64,000 bases of DNA from the NCBI GenBank assembly GCA_964016885.1, contig OZ024743.1:248248001-248312000 (forward strand), read 5' to 3'. The stretch is from Eledone cirrhosa (lineage: Eukaryota). Of this stretch, positions 26,886-38,449 are shown in pieces. The notes beneath the pieces are model-generated. The model ran no database searches and had not been told where the DNA came from. It saw only the letters and a list, made by a program, of their open reading frames with translations. The first letter of the stretch is position 1; the number at the start of each line of letters is the position of its first letter. Made by a program: the position numbers and the translations under genes.

Positions 26886-28590
26886 AGTCCTGGGAAACAG
26901 AGTTAACATCAACTGGAGAATCCTTGGGAAGCGTGAAGATCAAGAGAGGTATCTTCCAGGGAGATAGTCTGTCCCCTCTGTTGTTTGTCCTTGCCCTGAT
27001 GCCCCTGACCAGTGTACTGCGAAAAGTGAGAGCAGGATACAGGTTGGGAAAGGGAGGGCTTACCATCAATCACCTCCTCTTCATGGACGATCTTAAGCTC
27101 TTCGGGAAGAGTGAGAAGGAGTTGAATGTGCTTGTTGACACTATCCGTATTTTCAGCAATGATATATGTATGCAATTTGGTATTAGTAAGTGTGGAGTCA
27201 TTGTGATGAAGTTGAGCAGAAGTAACGGAATCCAGGTACCAACAGGTGAGATGATAAAGGAAATTGACTCTGAAGAAGGATACAAGTATTTGGGCGTTCT
27301 GGAGGCTGATGACATCAAGAACAAAAAAATGAAGGAATTGATAAGAACTGAATACATTCGGAGAGTAAGGAGCGTATTAAAGTCACATCTGAACAGTAGG
27401 AATGCCATAAGTGCAGTAAATTCCCGAGCTGTGTCTATTATTAGGTACAGTGCGGGAATTCTGAGATGGAATGTTGCTGAACAAAAAGAAATGGATAGGA
27501 AGACTAGGAAGCTATTGACTATCTACAACATGTTCCACAAGAGGAGTGATGTCGATAGACTCTACTTAAGGAGATCTGAAGGTGGAAGAGGTCTTATCAG
27601 CATAGAGGACTGTGTTCAGATGGAGAAAAACAACCTACACAAATACGTGACTGATAGTAAAGAGCCAATGCTCAGAACTGTACTGAAGGAGGGGACAATA
27701 GGCCAGGGGATGTCCAAGGAGGAAATAACATCAAGGAGAAAGAGCAGCCTTCAGGAAAAATCCCTTCATAGTACCTTCTTTGAGAAAACTGAATTTAGAG
27801 ATCCACAGACATGGAACTGGTTGAAAAGAGGAGACCTTAAAAAGGCTACAGAAGGAATGTTAATGGCTGCGCAGGAGCAGGCCCTCAAAACGAAGTGGTT
27901 GAAACACCATATTTACAAGGAGGAGGCTAGCCCACTGTGCAGGATCTGTAGAGAGAGAGAGGAGACTGTGGCTCACATTGTATCCGAGTGTAAACACCTA
28001 GCCCAGACTCACTATAAGGGCTGGAGACATGATGTGATGGGCAGGGTGATCCACTGGCACCTGTGCAAAGTAAACAATTTACCACATTCTGAGAAGTGGT
28101 ATGAGCATAAGCCAGAGGCGGTGATAGAAAACGATCAGGTGAAGGTGCTGTGGGATTTTAGGATACAGACGGACAAGAAACTGGAACACAATAGACCTGA
28201 CCTGGTGGTTGTGGACAAAGAAAAAAGAACGTGCCTGATTATGGATGTGGCCTGCCCGTTCGACACGAGAGTGCAAGAGAAGGAGAGGGAGAAAATTAAC
28301 CGATACCAGGACTTAAAGTGGGAGGTAAAAAGGATTTGGAACTGCCATGAAGTCAAAGTGATCCCGATTGTCATAGGCGCACTAGGGACTATCTCAAAAA
28401 GTTTCCAGGGATGGTTAAAGAAAATTGGCCCCTTCACGCTTTTTGGAACGCTTCAAAAGGCATGCTTGCTGGAAACAGCAAGAACCCTCCGATACGTCCT
28501 GAATATCTGAGGCTGCAGGTAGTGGCTTGATATTCATTTCAACAAACTTTCCAGTTAACTAACATCAATGACTGAGACTCAAAGAGTAAT
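26882..28590 (+). mobile_element. 5'-truncated R4/Dong-clade non-LTR retrotransposon inserted in an (AAT)n microsatellite
   Basis: Uninterrupted 542-aa ORF: GIFQGDSLSP, FMDDLK, CRIC..ETVAHIVSEC, RHD, RPDL..D (RLE). (AAT)n on both sides (26833-26883, 28587-28617). Confidence 0.92.
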
Positions 28591-28619
28591 AACAATAATA
28601 ATAATAATAATAATAATGG

Positions 28620-29130
28620 TGATGATTTCTTTATTAACCACGCAGGGGTGACATTAAGAAAATATTAATGAGATCACCAGACTATAAAGAACGACACAGG
28701 ATGGTACAGGGTAGGATTTTTCGAGTAAAAAAGATTTAACAAAAACAACAAACAAAAAATTCCAACAAAAACAAATTCTCCTGGAGAAAGCCCACAAAAA
28801 TCCACAGTTACCCTGATCGTTAGGGCATGTGCCCTCTACCAGTTGTCCTCCTCCAATCTACAGACGTATACTCAGGGCAGACCCATTCGCCGCTCTCACT
28901 TACCCTTCAACAAACTCGTTGTAAGGTAGCATTTCTCTCTCCACCTTGATTTTCTTCTCCAATTGAAACCCGAAAAAGTCAACCAGGGATCCGCTGAAGA
29001 GGAAAGTGCTTGTTTTCAACCATTCAAACGTATCAACCACAAGACCTCTTTTGCCATGACCACCAGGCATATAATGACTGATTGCCCCTCGCATCTAAAG
29101 GAAGGTGGTGGGGGCAATCTTTAAGATGAT
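28620..29130 (-). mobile_element. Highly decayed Tx1-like 3' fragment
   Basis: GATTTCTTTATT terminus; LKTSTFLFSGSLVDFFGFQLEKKIKVERE matches the ORF2 C-terminus. Confidence 0.6.
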
Positions 29131-29239
29131 AGCCGGATCAGCAGGTGTTCGACATAAACACATTTAGAAGATGGTGAATTTTGTGGATAGTTTATATGCG
29201 AGAGATATACGGATATAGATATGTGTTGTTATGAATGTC

Positions 29240-29560
29240 AATACCACTTGACCTTTCTACTCAGGACCCTACATACTATGTGACCCGTTTGCGTTCGTAT
29301 TTTCAAGTCCTGCCTCCTTTGAACACTAGGCAACAAGCCATTAAATCTTCGGTTCCGAAGGACATTGCCTCGTGAACCCATGTTTTTGTCAGAAATGACG
29401 CAGTGAGAAGTCCTCTCACCCCACCTTATTCTGGACCCTATCGCGTACTTGCACGTACAAATAAACATTTCACCATTGACTTTAATGGACATAAAGACAG
29501 TCTCTATTGACAGACTAAAGCGGGCCTACACAGATGCTCTCACACCAGAGCCGAATACTC
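29240..29560 (+). mobile_element. Gypsy LTR-retrotransposon integrase C-terminal (GPY/F) fragment
   Basis: THVFVRNDAVRSPLTPPYSGPYRVLARTNKHF ... SIDRLKRAY. Confidence 0.75.
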
Positions 29561-30213
29561 CCCCCTCCTACAATGTGTCAATACAAGCACCACCGCAAAC
29601 ACTACAATCACATACAAACACTCCTTTATCTTCCCAGTACATTACTGGTACTTTATTTTATCGACCCCGTAAGGATGAAAGGCAAAGTTAACATCGGCGG
29701 GATTTGAACTCAGAATAATAATAATACTTTCAATAATAAAAACCACAAAACCTGTCAGCTTAAAACCTTGCTGCTCATTCTTTTCGTAAACAACTTACAG
29801 CTGCTGCTCAACACACTTGTCACTGATTTCTGCATAATATTAATAACTATACCTATATAAAATGTTAACAAGTAGTGTATGGATGTATGTGTAGGCGGGA
29901 GAGAAGAGGGAGAGATTGTGTGTGTAATTCCAGTTAATAAGGACATCATATCATAACAAGACTGTGTTGGAGTTATTACTCGGCTGCTCCAATTATAACA
30001 ATTATACCAAGTGTTATGTAATGGAAGTCAAAGTTATCTTGACTGTTTACTAATTCAACGACAATACGTTGCCGTGTAAATTATCACCCCTCCTCCTCCC
30101 TCACTGTAGCTTTGTTGGCTCAAAGTCAGTTAGTTTTGGCAACACTATATATACATACATATATACATATACACACATATATATATATATATATATATAA
30201 ATATATATATATC

Positions 30214-30412
30214 CTAACTTCGCACAAAACATCGTCTCCTCAAACAACAAAAAACTCAACCCCTATGGAAGAAATAACCTAGACATCAGTGGAGAGCCGA
30301 CCAGGAGGTGTAACTGCCCTGATATATCTACGTGCCCCCTCAACAACAAATACCGAGAACGTAACGTGATCTACCAATGTAACGTGAGGACGGACACCTC
30401 CAACAAAGCTTA
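30214..30412 (+). mobile_element. Penelope-like element fragment (Cys motif + start of GIY-YIG)
   Basis: RCNCPDISTCPLNNKYRERNVIYQCNV..KAYI is homologous to CNC..CPL..C..IVYKC..YIG in the 43.3-43.9 kb element. Confidence 0.7.
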
Positions 30413-30503
30413 TATATATATATTCGCTAACCAAGTATGCAATTCAATTCTAGCACTCGACGTCATATTACTTCTTTAAAACAAGGATGACGAAGTATAT
30501 TTA

Positions 30504-30585
30504 TAAAGAGGAAAATGCGAAGTTGTAGATGTTAGAGTCTTTATTAAAATACTCTAACGTCTACAACTTCGCATTTTCCTCTTTA
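30504..30585. repeat. 35-bp inverted repeat (hairpin), 12-nt loop
   Basis: TAAAGAGGAAAATGCGAAGTTGTAGATGTTAGAGT / ACTCTAACGTCTACAACTTCGCATTTTCCTCTTTA, one mismatch. Confidence 0.9.
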
Positions 30586-30658
30586 CACACACTCACATAC
30601 ACACACATATATATCAATAATATTAATAAATGGAAAATATCTTTATAAAACCATATTC

Positions 30659-30717
30659 ATTTTATTATACATATTTCAAGGGTACCAGTATTTTGGTATG
30701 ATATCGTCAGATAAAAT
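30659..30717 (-). ncRNA. Degenerate type I hammerhead-like motif
   Basis: Minus strand ATTTTAT-CTGACGA-..TACCA/TGGTA..-GAAA-TATGTA-TA-ATAAAAT; base of stem II mismatched. Confidence 0.45.
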
Positions 30718-31206
30718 ATATTTAGTTTACAGATAATGACATATCAACATATGAACTTAATGTTGTGAGTTCAATGTAGATAGTGAATAAATGTTCAAAA
30801 CTCGGGATGAATATGCTAATGAGGATAACGTTAAAACTGAAAAGGACCGTTATTTTTAGACGCGAGATATATTAAAATAATTATATCAATTATTAAAAAA
30901 CAAGATGTTTGCTTTTAAAATTGAAGAAAAAATATTTAAAGCTACTTTCAGAATATTTATAGAAATATGCATATATACGTCCGAACATATTTACATGGGT
31001 ATAGAAAGAATGAAATAATTATATTTATTTATTTAATTATATAAATTAGAAGTATTTATAATATTAAGGTGAGAACTATAAATTAATGTATTAAAGTGAG
31101 AACTATTAATTTAATATGTGAAAAATAGCTTATATTTATATATACTATTGGATGTATTTTACGGGTGTGTTTTAATATTATGATGATTGCAGTATAGTGT
31201 ATTGTA

Positions 31207-31857
31207 TAAATAGTTATGCGTTTTTTTTTTTACTAAACTTCCATTTGTCATTATATCCTAGGCCTAATAATTAATTAATTAATTTAATTAGACAATTCCA
31301 TTGATTGATTAATTATTTATGTTTGTTGAAGCCTAGTTGAAGGCTTCTCATTCGGTTTGTGCTGGGAAGACGCTTCCCTTGTTCACATTTTGAATTTGCC
31401 CGCCAAAAACACGGGGTTATTTCCCTTGTTGGGAAAAAGCACGTGATAGTTGAGACATAACCGCTGCTAACAACAGTGGCTTGCTACTTCATACCACATC
31501 GGGTCAAGGCATATGTTGATAACATGAATCCTCAGTTCGGTCTTCAAAGACCAAAAACTTACATACTTGCGCAAGTAGGATTGTTGATTTTGGTTTCATA
31601 GAAACCTATCGGAGAAACGACACTCTGCCTCCGATACGGTCCAGGTTTGTTTATTAACCTGTTGGTTTTTTCGTTGCTTCGGTGCCGTGGCTAGGCTTGC
31701 CTGCCACAGTTTTCAATTTGTCATGCCGTCTAACGAATGTTATTACTGTGAGCTTTCTCATGGAGTGCTTGTTGGCTGCATAATTCCTAATTGTTTTTCG
31801 TTGGCTTGGCTACAGCCGAAGCTGTGATTTTACTAAACTTACATTTGTATATATGTA

Positions 31858-31897
<40 letters not shown>

Positions 31898-32041
31898 TGA
31901 GAAGCCTTCGGCCAGGCGTTATTAAACAAACATAAATAATTAATCAATCAATGGAATTGTCTAATTAAATTAATTAATTAATTATTAAGCCTAGGAGATA
32001 ATGACAAATGGAAGTTTAGTAAAAAAACGCATAACTATTTA
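31207..32041. mobile_element. Element with ~147-bp terminal inverted repeats
   Basis: 31207-31353 is the near-identical reverse complement of 31895-32041. Confidence 0.7.
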
Positions 32042-32244
32042 TATATTAAATAAATGTTTTAATAACAATATACAATTAATCTCTTATTATACAATACACG
32101 ATACTTATAACTACAATCATCATAATCGTGTATACGTGGATATATTTCTTTATTTATATCCGCTAATTATGTTTAGCCAGCTGCTTAAGAAACATTTGTA
32201 ACCTGGATTGAGCAATAAATCTCCTATGTAACACACCCCTTTGT

Positions 32245-32247
32245 TCT

Positions 32248-32324
<77 letters not shown>

Positions 32325-34262
32325 CGAGGATGTGTGTGTGTCTGTGTATAACTTTGGATACCTTAGGCTTTTACAATTACCAACCGAAATTGACCAAATT
32401 TTCTGTGCACGTTGCACAGGGCGCTAAGATGGCCACATCACAAAAATCTTTCCAATCGACCCTCGTTGAGCAATAAAAAATTGATATAAAAATTATCGGT
32501 AGCAAAATTGATGTAAGGGAGATAACCAACTTTATTGACAATCCTTATAAAAAAAGGGAGATAACCAACTTTATTGACAATCCTTATAAAGAGAGTGAGA
32601 TATGGAGACCTTTTCAATTTTAAAACAGCAATCATCGTCGGACGAAATTTCAGAAATATAAACATCAGATTCATTTGAAGATAAATCACTAATATCTTTT
32701 ATTTCTTGTTTATTCTTTGTTGCACTTTCAAAGTTAAAAAAACACTTTTAACTTGTTTCACTATATTAAGTGTTAATTTTCGCGTTAAGAGCCTAATCTC
32801 GCAGCAGTCTCAAATTGACGAGATTTTGATGATGGTTTGTTTATTTTTAGAACAATCGTTTTGGGACTTTCCATTCAAACTATTGGGACCTACAACTTTT
32901 ACATTTTTAAAACTTTCATAAGCCATGTTGATACAAAAAAAAATTTGTTGCACTTTCAAAGTTAAAAAAACACTTGTTTTAACTTGTTTCACTATATTAA
33001 GTGTCAATTTTTGCGGCAAGGGCCTAATTTCGCAGCAGTCTCGAATTGACGAAATTTTGATGATGGTTTGTTTATTTTTAGAACAATCCTTATGGGACTT
33101 TCCATTCAAACCATTGGGACCTACAGCTTTTACATTTTTAAAGTAATTTCGTCCACATTTGAGGCAGGCATTATCTATGCTTCCAGTTGTATTCGTACAC
33201 ATCAAACTTTTTTGACAATGAAGGAACATGCTGAACAGGATTCTTCCTGGATGTCCACGGATATATAAATCTATTGATACTGTATGTGATCCACAGGATG
33301 CGGTCAACTATCCAGTTGAATTTCTAAATTCTTTAAATCCTCCTGGTTTACCTCCTAATACATTGGTTCTGAAAGAGGGAACGCCGGTTATTTTGCTGAG
33401 AAATATAACTCCTCCAAAAATATGCAATGGTACACGCCTTGTGGTTAAAAACTGTCTCCACTTAGTATTGACGCTACCATTCTATCCGGATGTGGAAAAG
33501 GCGAGGACGTGATAATAACAAAAATTAGCCTGACTACATCAAGCATGGATACTCCCTTCTCCTTTCGCCGAACCCAATTTCCCCTTCGTGTTGCATTTGC
33601 GATGTCCATAAACAAGTCGCAAGGTCAAACTCTGTCCGTCGCTGGAATTCACTTGGATGAACCTTGCTTTTCGCACGGACAATTCTACGTTGCCTGCTCA
33701 CGAGTTGGCAATCGGGATAATCTCTTTGCGATTGTTCCGAAAAGAAAAACAAAGAATATCGTCTATCCTGAAGAGCTTTAGTGTTAACAAAAAAAACTTA
33801 TTACAGCTCTGCCTTGACTTCACCTTACTCATTACAAAACATACCAATGAATATGTCATGCAGGATATTTTGGATTATAAGTTCAAAATTTAACCATACA
33901 CAGCAAAGGATGCTCTCAAAGAATAGATTTTCTCTTATTTTACTCTCATTGTTTTTTTGTTTGTATACAACTCTACTTTCATTATAACTTTTTGTACTTT
34001 AGCAAAACTGCCAGTTTTTTTACAGATTTGCAACGTGTATTGTCTTTAATCATTTGTATAACTACATCCTGTTCAGTGTTTTCCTTCATTATCAACATAG
34101 TTTTATGTGTACAAAGATTGCACTAAATATTCGTTTGCATTAATTATTGAAGACTTCTGTTTATTTTGACAGGTTGGGGACAAATAATGTTCTTCTTTTA
34201 CTTCCTAGCTGTATATTCTTAGCATAATTTCAAACCCCGAGCAACGCCGGGTAAATCTGCTA

Positions 34263-34263
<1 letters not shown>
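32245..34263 (+). mobile_element. Non-autonomous Helitron with PIF1-like helicase remnant
   Basis: 5' TC(TA)nAAAG start; 3' hairpin CCCGAGCAACGCCGGG + CTAG|T; helicase motifs EFLNSLNPPGLP, LLRN..CNGTRL, RRTQFPLRVAFAMSINKSQGQT, FSHGQFYVACSRV; internal ~42-bp and ~230-bp tandem duplications. Confidence 0.9.
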
Positions 34264-34322
<59 letters not shown>

Positions 34323-34762
34323 GAGGAGGTGTTACATAGGAGATTTATTGCTCAATCCAGGTTACAAATGTTTCCCAAGCAGCTGACACGTGATCTAGGA
34401 TGGCACCCCCAGACCAGACTCCAAGACTGCCTGATCGTCAGACCAGTGTTAACACAACAAAAATCACATCAAATCTGTGAACGAACCAGAAAAAACACAA
34501 ACAAGCATATAGAATGACCAAACACGGGCCTAGAATTCAATGGACACACCTATCTCGAGCATTACAAGAAAAAACTGTTATAAATAAAAACAAAAACATA
34601 ATTAGCGGATATAAATAAAGAAATAAAGAAATATATCCACGTATACACGATCACACACATACACACATACACACACACGTGCATAAAATGCCTACACACA
34701 CTCTCTCTCACTCGTAAAAATTGTACATGTACATATACATACACACATCCTCATACACACAC

Positions 34763-34819
<57 letters not shown>

Positions 34820-35085
34820 TGGAGGCACGTGGCCTAGTGGTAAGGGTGTTGGACTTACGATCACAATGTCGTGGGCTCGATTCCTGGGTTGCGTGTTGTG
34901 TTCTTGAGCAAAACACTTCATTTCACGTTGCTCCAGTATACTCAGCTGGAAATGAGTACCAGTAATAGCTGGAGGTTTAACCCTGTCCAGGAGGGAGTCT
35001 TGTACTCTCAGTCACTTCACGCCATGAAACCGGGATAAGCACCGGCCAAATGAGCCTTCTGGCTTAAGACAGACTTTAGACTTTA
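34820..35085 (+). mobile_element. tRNA-derived SINE, near full length
   Basis: TGGCCTAGTGG (A box), GGCTCGATTCC (B box), TTGTGTTCTTGAGCAAAACACTTCA core, GACTTTA tail repeats. Confidence 0.8.
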
Positions 35086-35924
35086 GATATATACACACAC
35101 ACACTTACAAATACATACGTATACATATATACACATCATAAAAATGCACTCACAAAAAATGCAAGAAAAAGGGTGCTGGTGCTCTGGGACGAGGAATGGG
35201 GCTACCGTGGCATGAAAGGGTCGGTAGCTCACTAAATAAGACAGCGACCCCACGCGGTGCGCCCACATGCGAGATGGGCGAACAGATAGGTCCTTCGATG
35301 GATATATATATAAACAATAACCCTAACGTACCGTTGATTCAAATGAGCATCTCCAGCAGATGCTTTATGCGCAAAAAGTATGTAGTGACCTACATTCTGA
35401 CGGCTCTTGAATATACGCACGCAAACGGGTCACATATAGTGTAGGGTCCTGAGTAGGAAGGTCAACTGGGGCAAGCATCTTTTTCATTGATGTGCTTTCT
35501 TTCAGCGTTTTTCCTGCTAATTCAATCTTATAATTGTAGTGACCTACAAGTATATAAGCTATAACTTATTCTTGTCACAGTATCGAGTGAGTAAACGTAA
35601 CTGATGATAGATAAGCATCTTCAAACACTAGTGTCTAGTGTTCTTACACGGCTACTGAGATAGTTGTGACATGGTCACAACATTCGTACCGAGATCTATG
35701 TATGTTTATTAAACATAAATGTATCATATATATTTACAAACACACTCACACACATGGTGATCTGTCTGAACAGGCTTTTGGTGTTGTTGGAAGGTATGCT
35801 TCGACATGGTATCTTGCAGTAACTATATGTGTAATATAATTGTTTATGTAATATGATTTCATGGAATGGGAACTTTGTGGATTTAAAGAATTTTTTGAAA
35901 TAACAAAGGTGTTTATTAAGTAAT

Positions 35925-36110
35925 TGTTTCTACTTTAGGCACAAGGCCAGCAATTACCCAGTGCATTACTGGTACTTTATTTTATCGACCCCGTAAGGAT
36001 GAAAGGCAAAATCAACCTCGGCGGGATTTGAACTCAGATCGTAAAGGGACGTAACTATGCTGGAAAGCATGGCGTCCGACCCTCTACCGATACTGCCAAT
36101 CCACCGCCCT
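35925..36110 (-). mobile_element. SINE, same family as 12425-12602
   Basis: Same diagnostic core and tail. Confidence 0.8.
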
Positions 36111-38154
36111 GGGTGTTTATTAAGTAATGTCTAGTTTATTTAAAGATGTGTGATGTCAGTGACTACTAAGATTTTCGGCGAAATTTTCCATTTACCTGTT
36201 ATGAATGAATTTTACGCCATCCATGACAAAACAAAAACTGTATGGTTATAGCTGGAACGCTTTTGATCACAGGTATGTATGACTCGAGCTGACCTGATAC
36301 TAAACAACAGCTACTATTATTACAAAGACAAATATTTAAGTTCTCCCTAAATTATGGTAACTTCAGATAAACTTATGATAAGCTATAGAACAGTAAGCCA
36401 TGTCATCAGTGCCGCATAAACAAGTGCTGGTCTTACACCTTACGTAAGTCATATGTCTTGGAGTGGAACTTTTCAAATGCAGGAATATGGTCAACCCAGA
36501 TTGATGGAGCCTTTCGCCTTCAAAAGGCATAGTATATTTATTAATTTTTATTACCATAAGAAAGTATTACTGCCATTATAACTGTTGCAGAAAGCTTCAG
36601 CCAGCAGCCTCTACCACTACAGGAAAAATCAGTTCCAAACATCAAGACACATATATAATCGAAAAAATTACTAGATTGTGGGTCAGTGACTGAACAAAAT
36701 GTTACATGCCTTCAATTTCCCTGTAACTTAAAATTACTTTTTATTAATGAATTACTTTTTATTAATTTTATTAATAATAGCATGGAAAAGATGTTCCATA
36801 CATATAATGTAGTCTGCTGCCCAACGCAAACGAGCTCGAGGGCAGAAAGTATAGATGATTAGGAATCTTGCTTTGCTCGTGGTCATTTACACATAGGCTG
36901 TTCAAATCTCTTTGTTTATATTCCTACTGGTACCCCCAGCCTCCACAAAATATTGTGTATCCTGAGGGGCTGTCGTGATAGAATTCAGAAGGTTATGATG
37001 GTTACAGATCTAATGTCACAAAGCTGGGATTCATTGAAATTCTTGATATCATTTCTTTAGTGTTTCAATTATTTCTTCTGGTCAACTCCTCTATTTTGAT
37101 GTATAGAATACCTCCGGGCATTTCGTTTTCCATACGGTTTCTAAAGATTTAACTCCCGACACTCCGGTTTCCAACAATTTAAAAGTCTTTGAAGAAATAG
37201 AAAAAAAAAAATTGCACTGAATAATAGTTTTAAATTAAGACTGCTTTTGCTTCCACAATCCTGCGTTCTTATTTAGAGGAGACAGTGGGGGGTGGGGGGG
37301 GATTAACTTTTGATGGAGTTGTAGATGACGGATCCGTCATGACGCACACGGTGTCTTGGGCATTGTAAACCTAGGGGAGTTCATCCTTCTCCAGTTAGGA
37401 ACATACCCGATTTCTTCCAGTGTGTATGTGAGGGGTGTGTGGGGGGGGGGGGGGGCGTGTTAAAGAGAGAATGTGTGTGAGAGAGAGAGGGTGCGTGTTA
37501 AAGAAAGAGGGAGTGAGAGAAGAAAGAGGGAGTGAGAGAGAGAACCAACCCCACCATTGGATTGATGTTTTATTTGTCGACCTTGAAAAGATCAAAGGCA
37601 TAGTTGACCTCGGCGGGATTTGAACTCAGAGAGCAGTGAGCCGGAACAAATACCGAGGCATTTTTAATCCGACACTCTAACAGCTCTACCAATTTTCCGC
37701 CTTACGTGTTATATAACATGCACGAATTAAATATAGCATTTACACAATTGAATTAAGAAGTATAATATTCAAGTAAAGCATATATCTGCAGCACAGCGCA
37801 TTAGGATTTTTTTACATGAAGTCTAACTTATCAGGAGGCGGCGAATGGGCAGAATCGTTAGAACCCTGGAAAAGAATGTTTTGCAATGTTTGTTCCGACT
37901 CTTTGTGCTCTCTGAGTTCAAAGCCTGTCGAGGTCAACTTTGCCTTTCATCCTTTCGGGTCTTTCTCTATAATATTTCTTTCATACTCCTCCCCTCTCTC
38001 TCTCTCTCTCAGCGCCTGGAAGAAATCGACTGTATTCAGGCGTGGAGAGAGAACATGCTCCGCCAGGTTTAAATGCCCAAGATAGGCCGTATGACATGAC
38101 GGTGCCCCTACAATTCTACCAGGAGTTATGGGTCCACACATACATACATACAAC

Positions 38155-38360
38155 TTTTCAGTATCAGTAGAGCGTTAGACACCATGCTTTGCAGCATATA
38201 GTTATGACCCTTTACGTTCTGAGTTCGAATCCCGCCGAGGTTAACTTTGCCTTTCATCTTTAAGCGGTCGATAAAATAAAGCACCAGTAATGTGCTGGGT
38301 CGATTTATCAACTTCCCCCTCCTCCAAAATTGCTGGCCTTGTGCCTATACCAGAAATCAT
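38155..38360 (+). mobile_element. SINE, same family
   Basis: GTTCGAATCCCGCCGAGGTTAACTTTGCCTTTCATC..GTCGATAAAATAAAG..GGCCTTGTGCCTA. Confidence 0.75.
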
Positions 38361-38449
38361 TATATCGAATATATGAAGAACAATTCCGCTACATTTACTT
38401 TCCAATGTAAGCGACGCTGAGTATTATGGTAGTACACAAATATATATTG

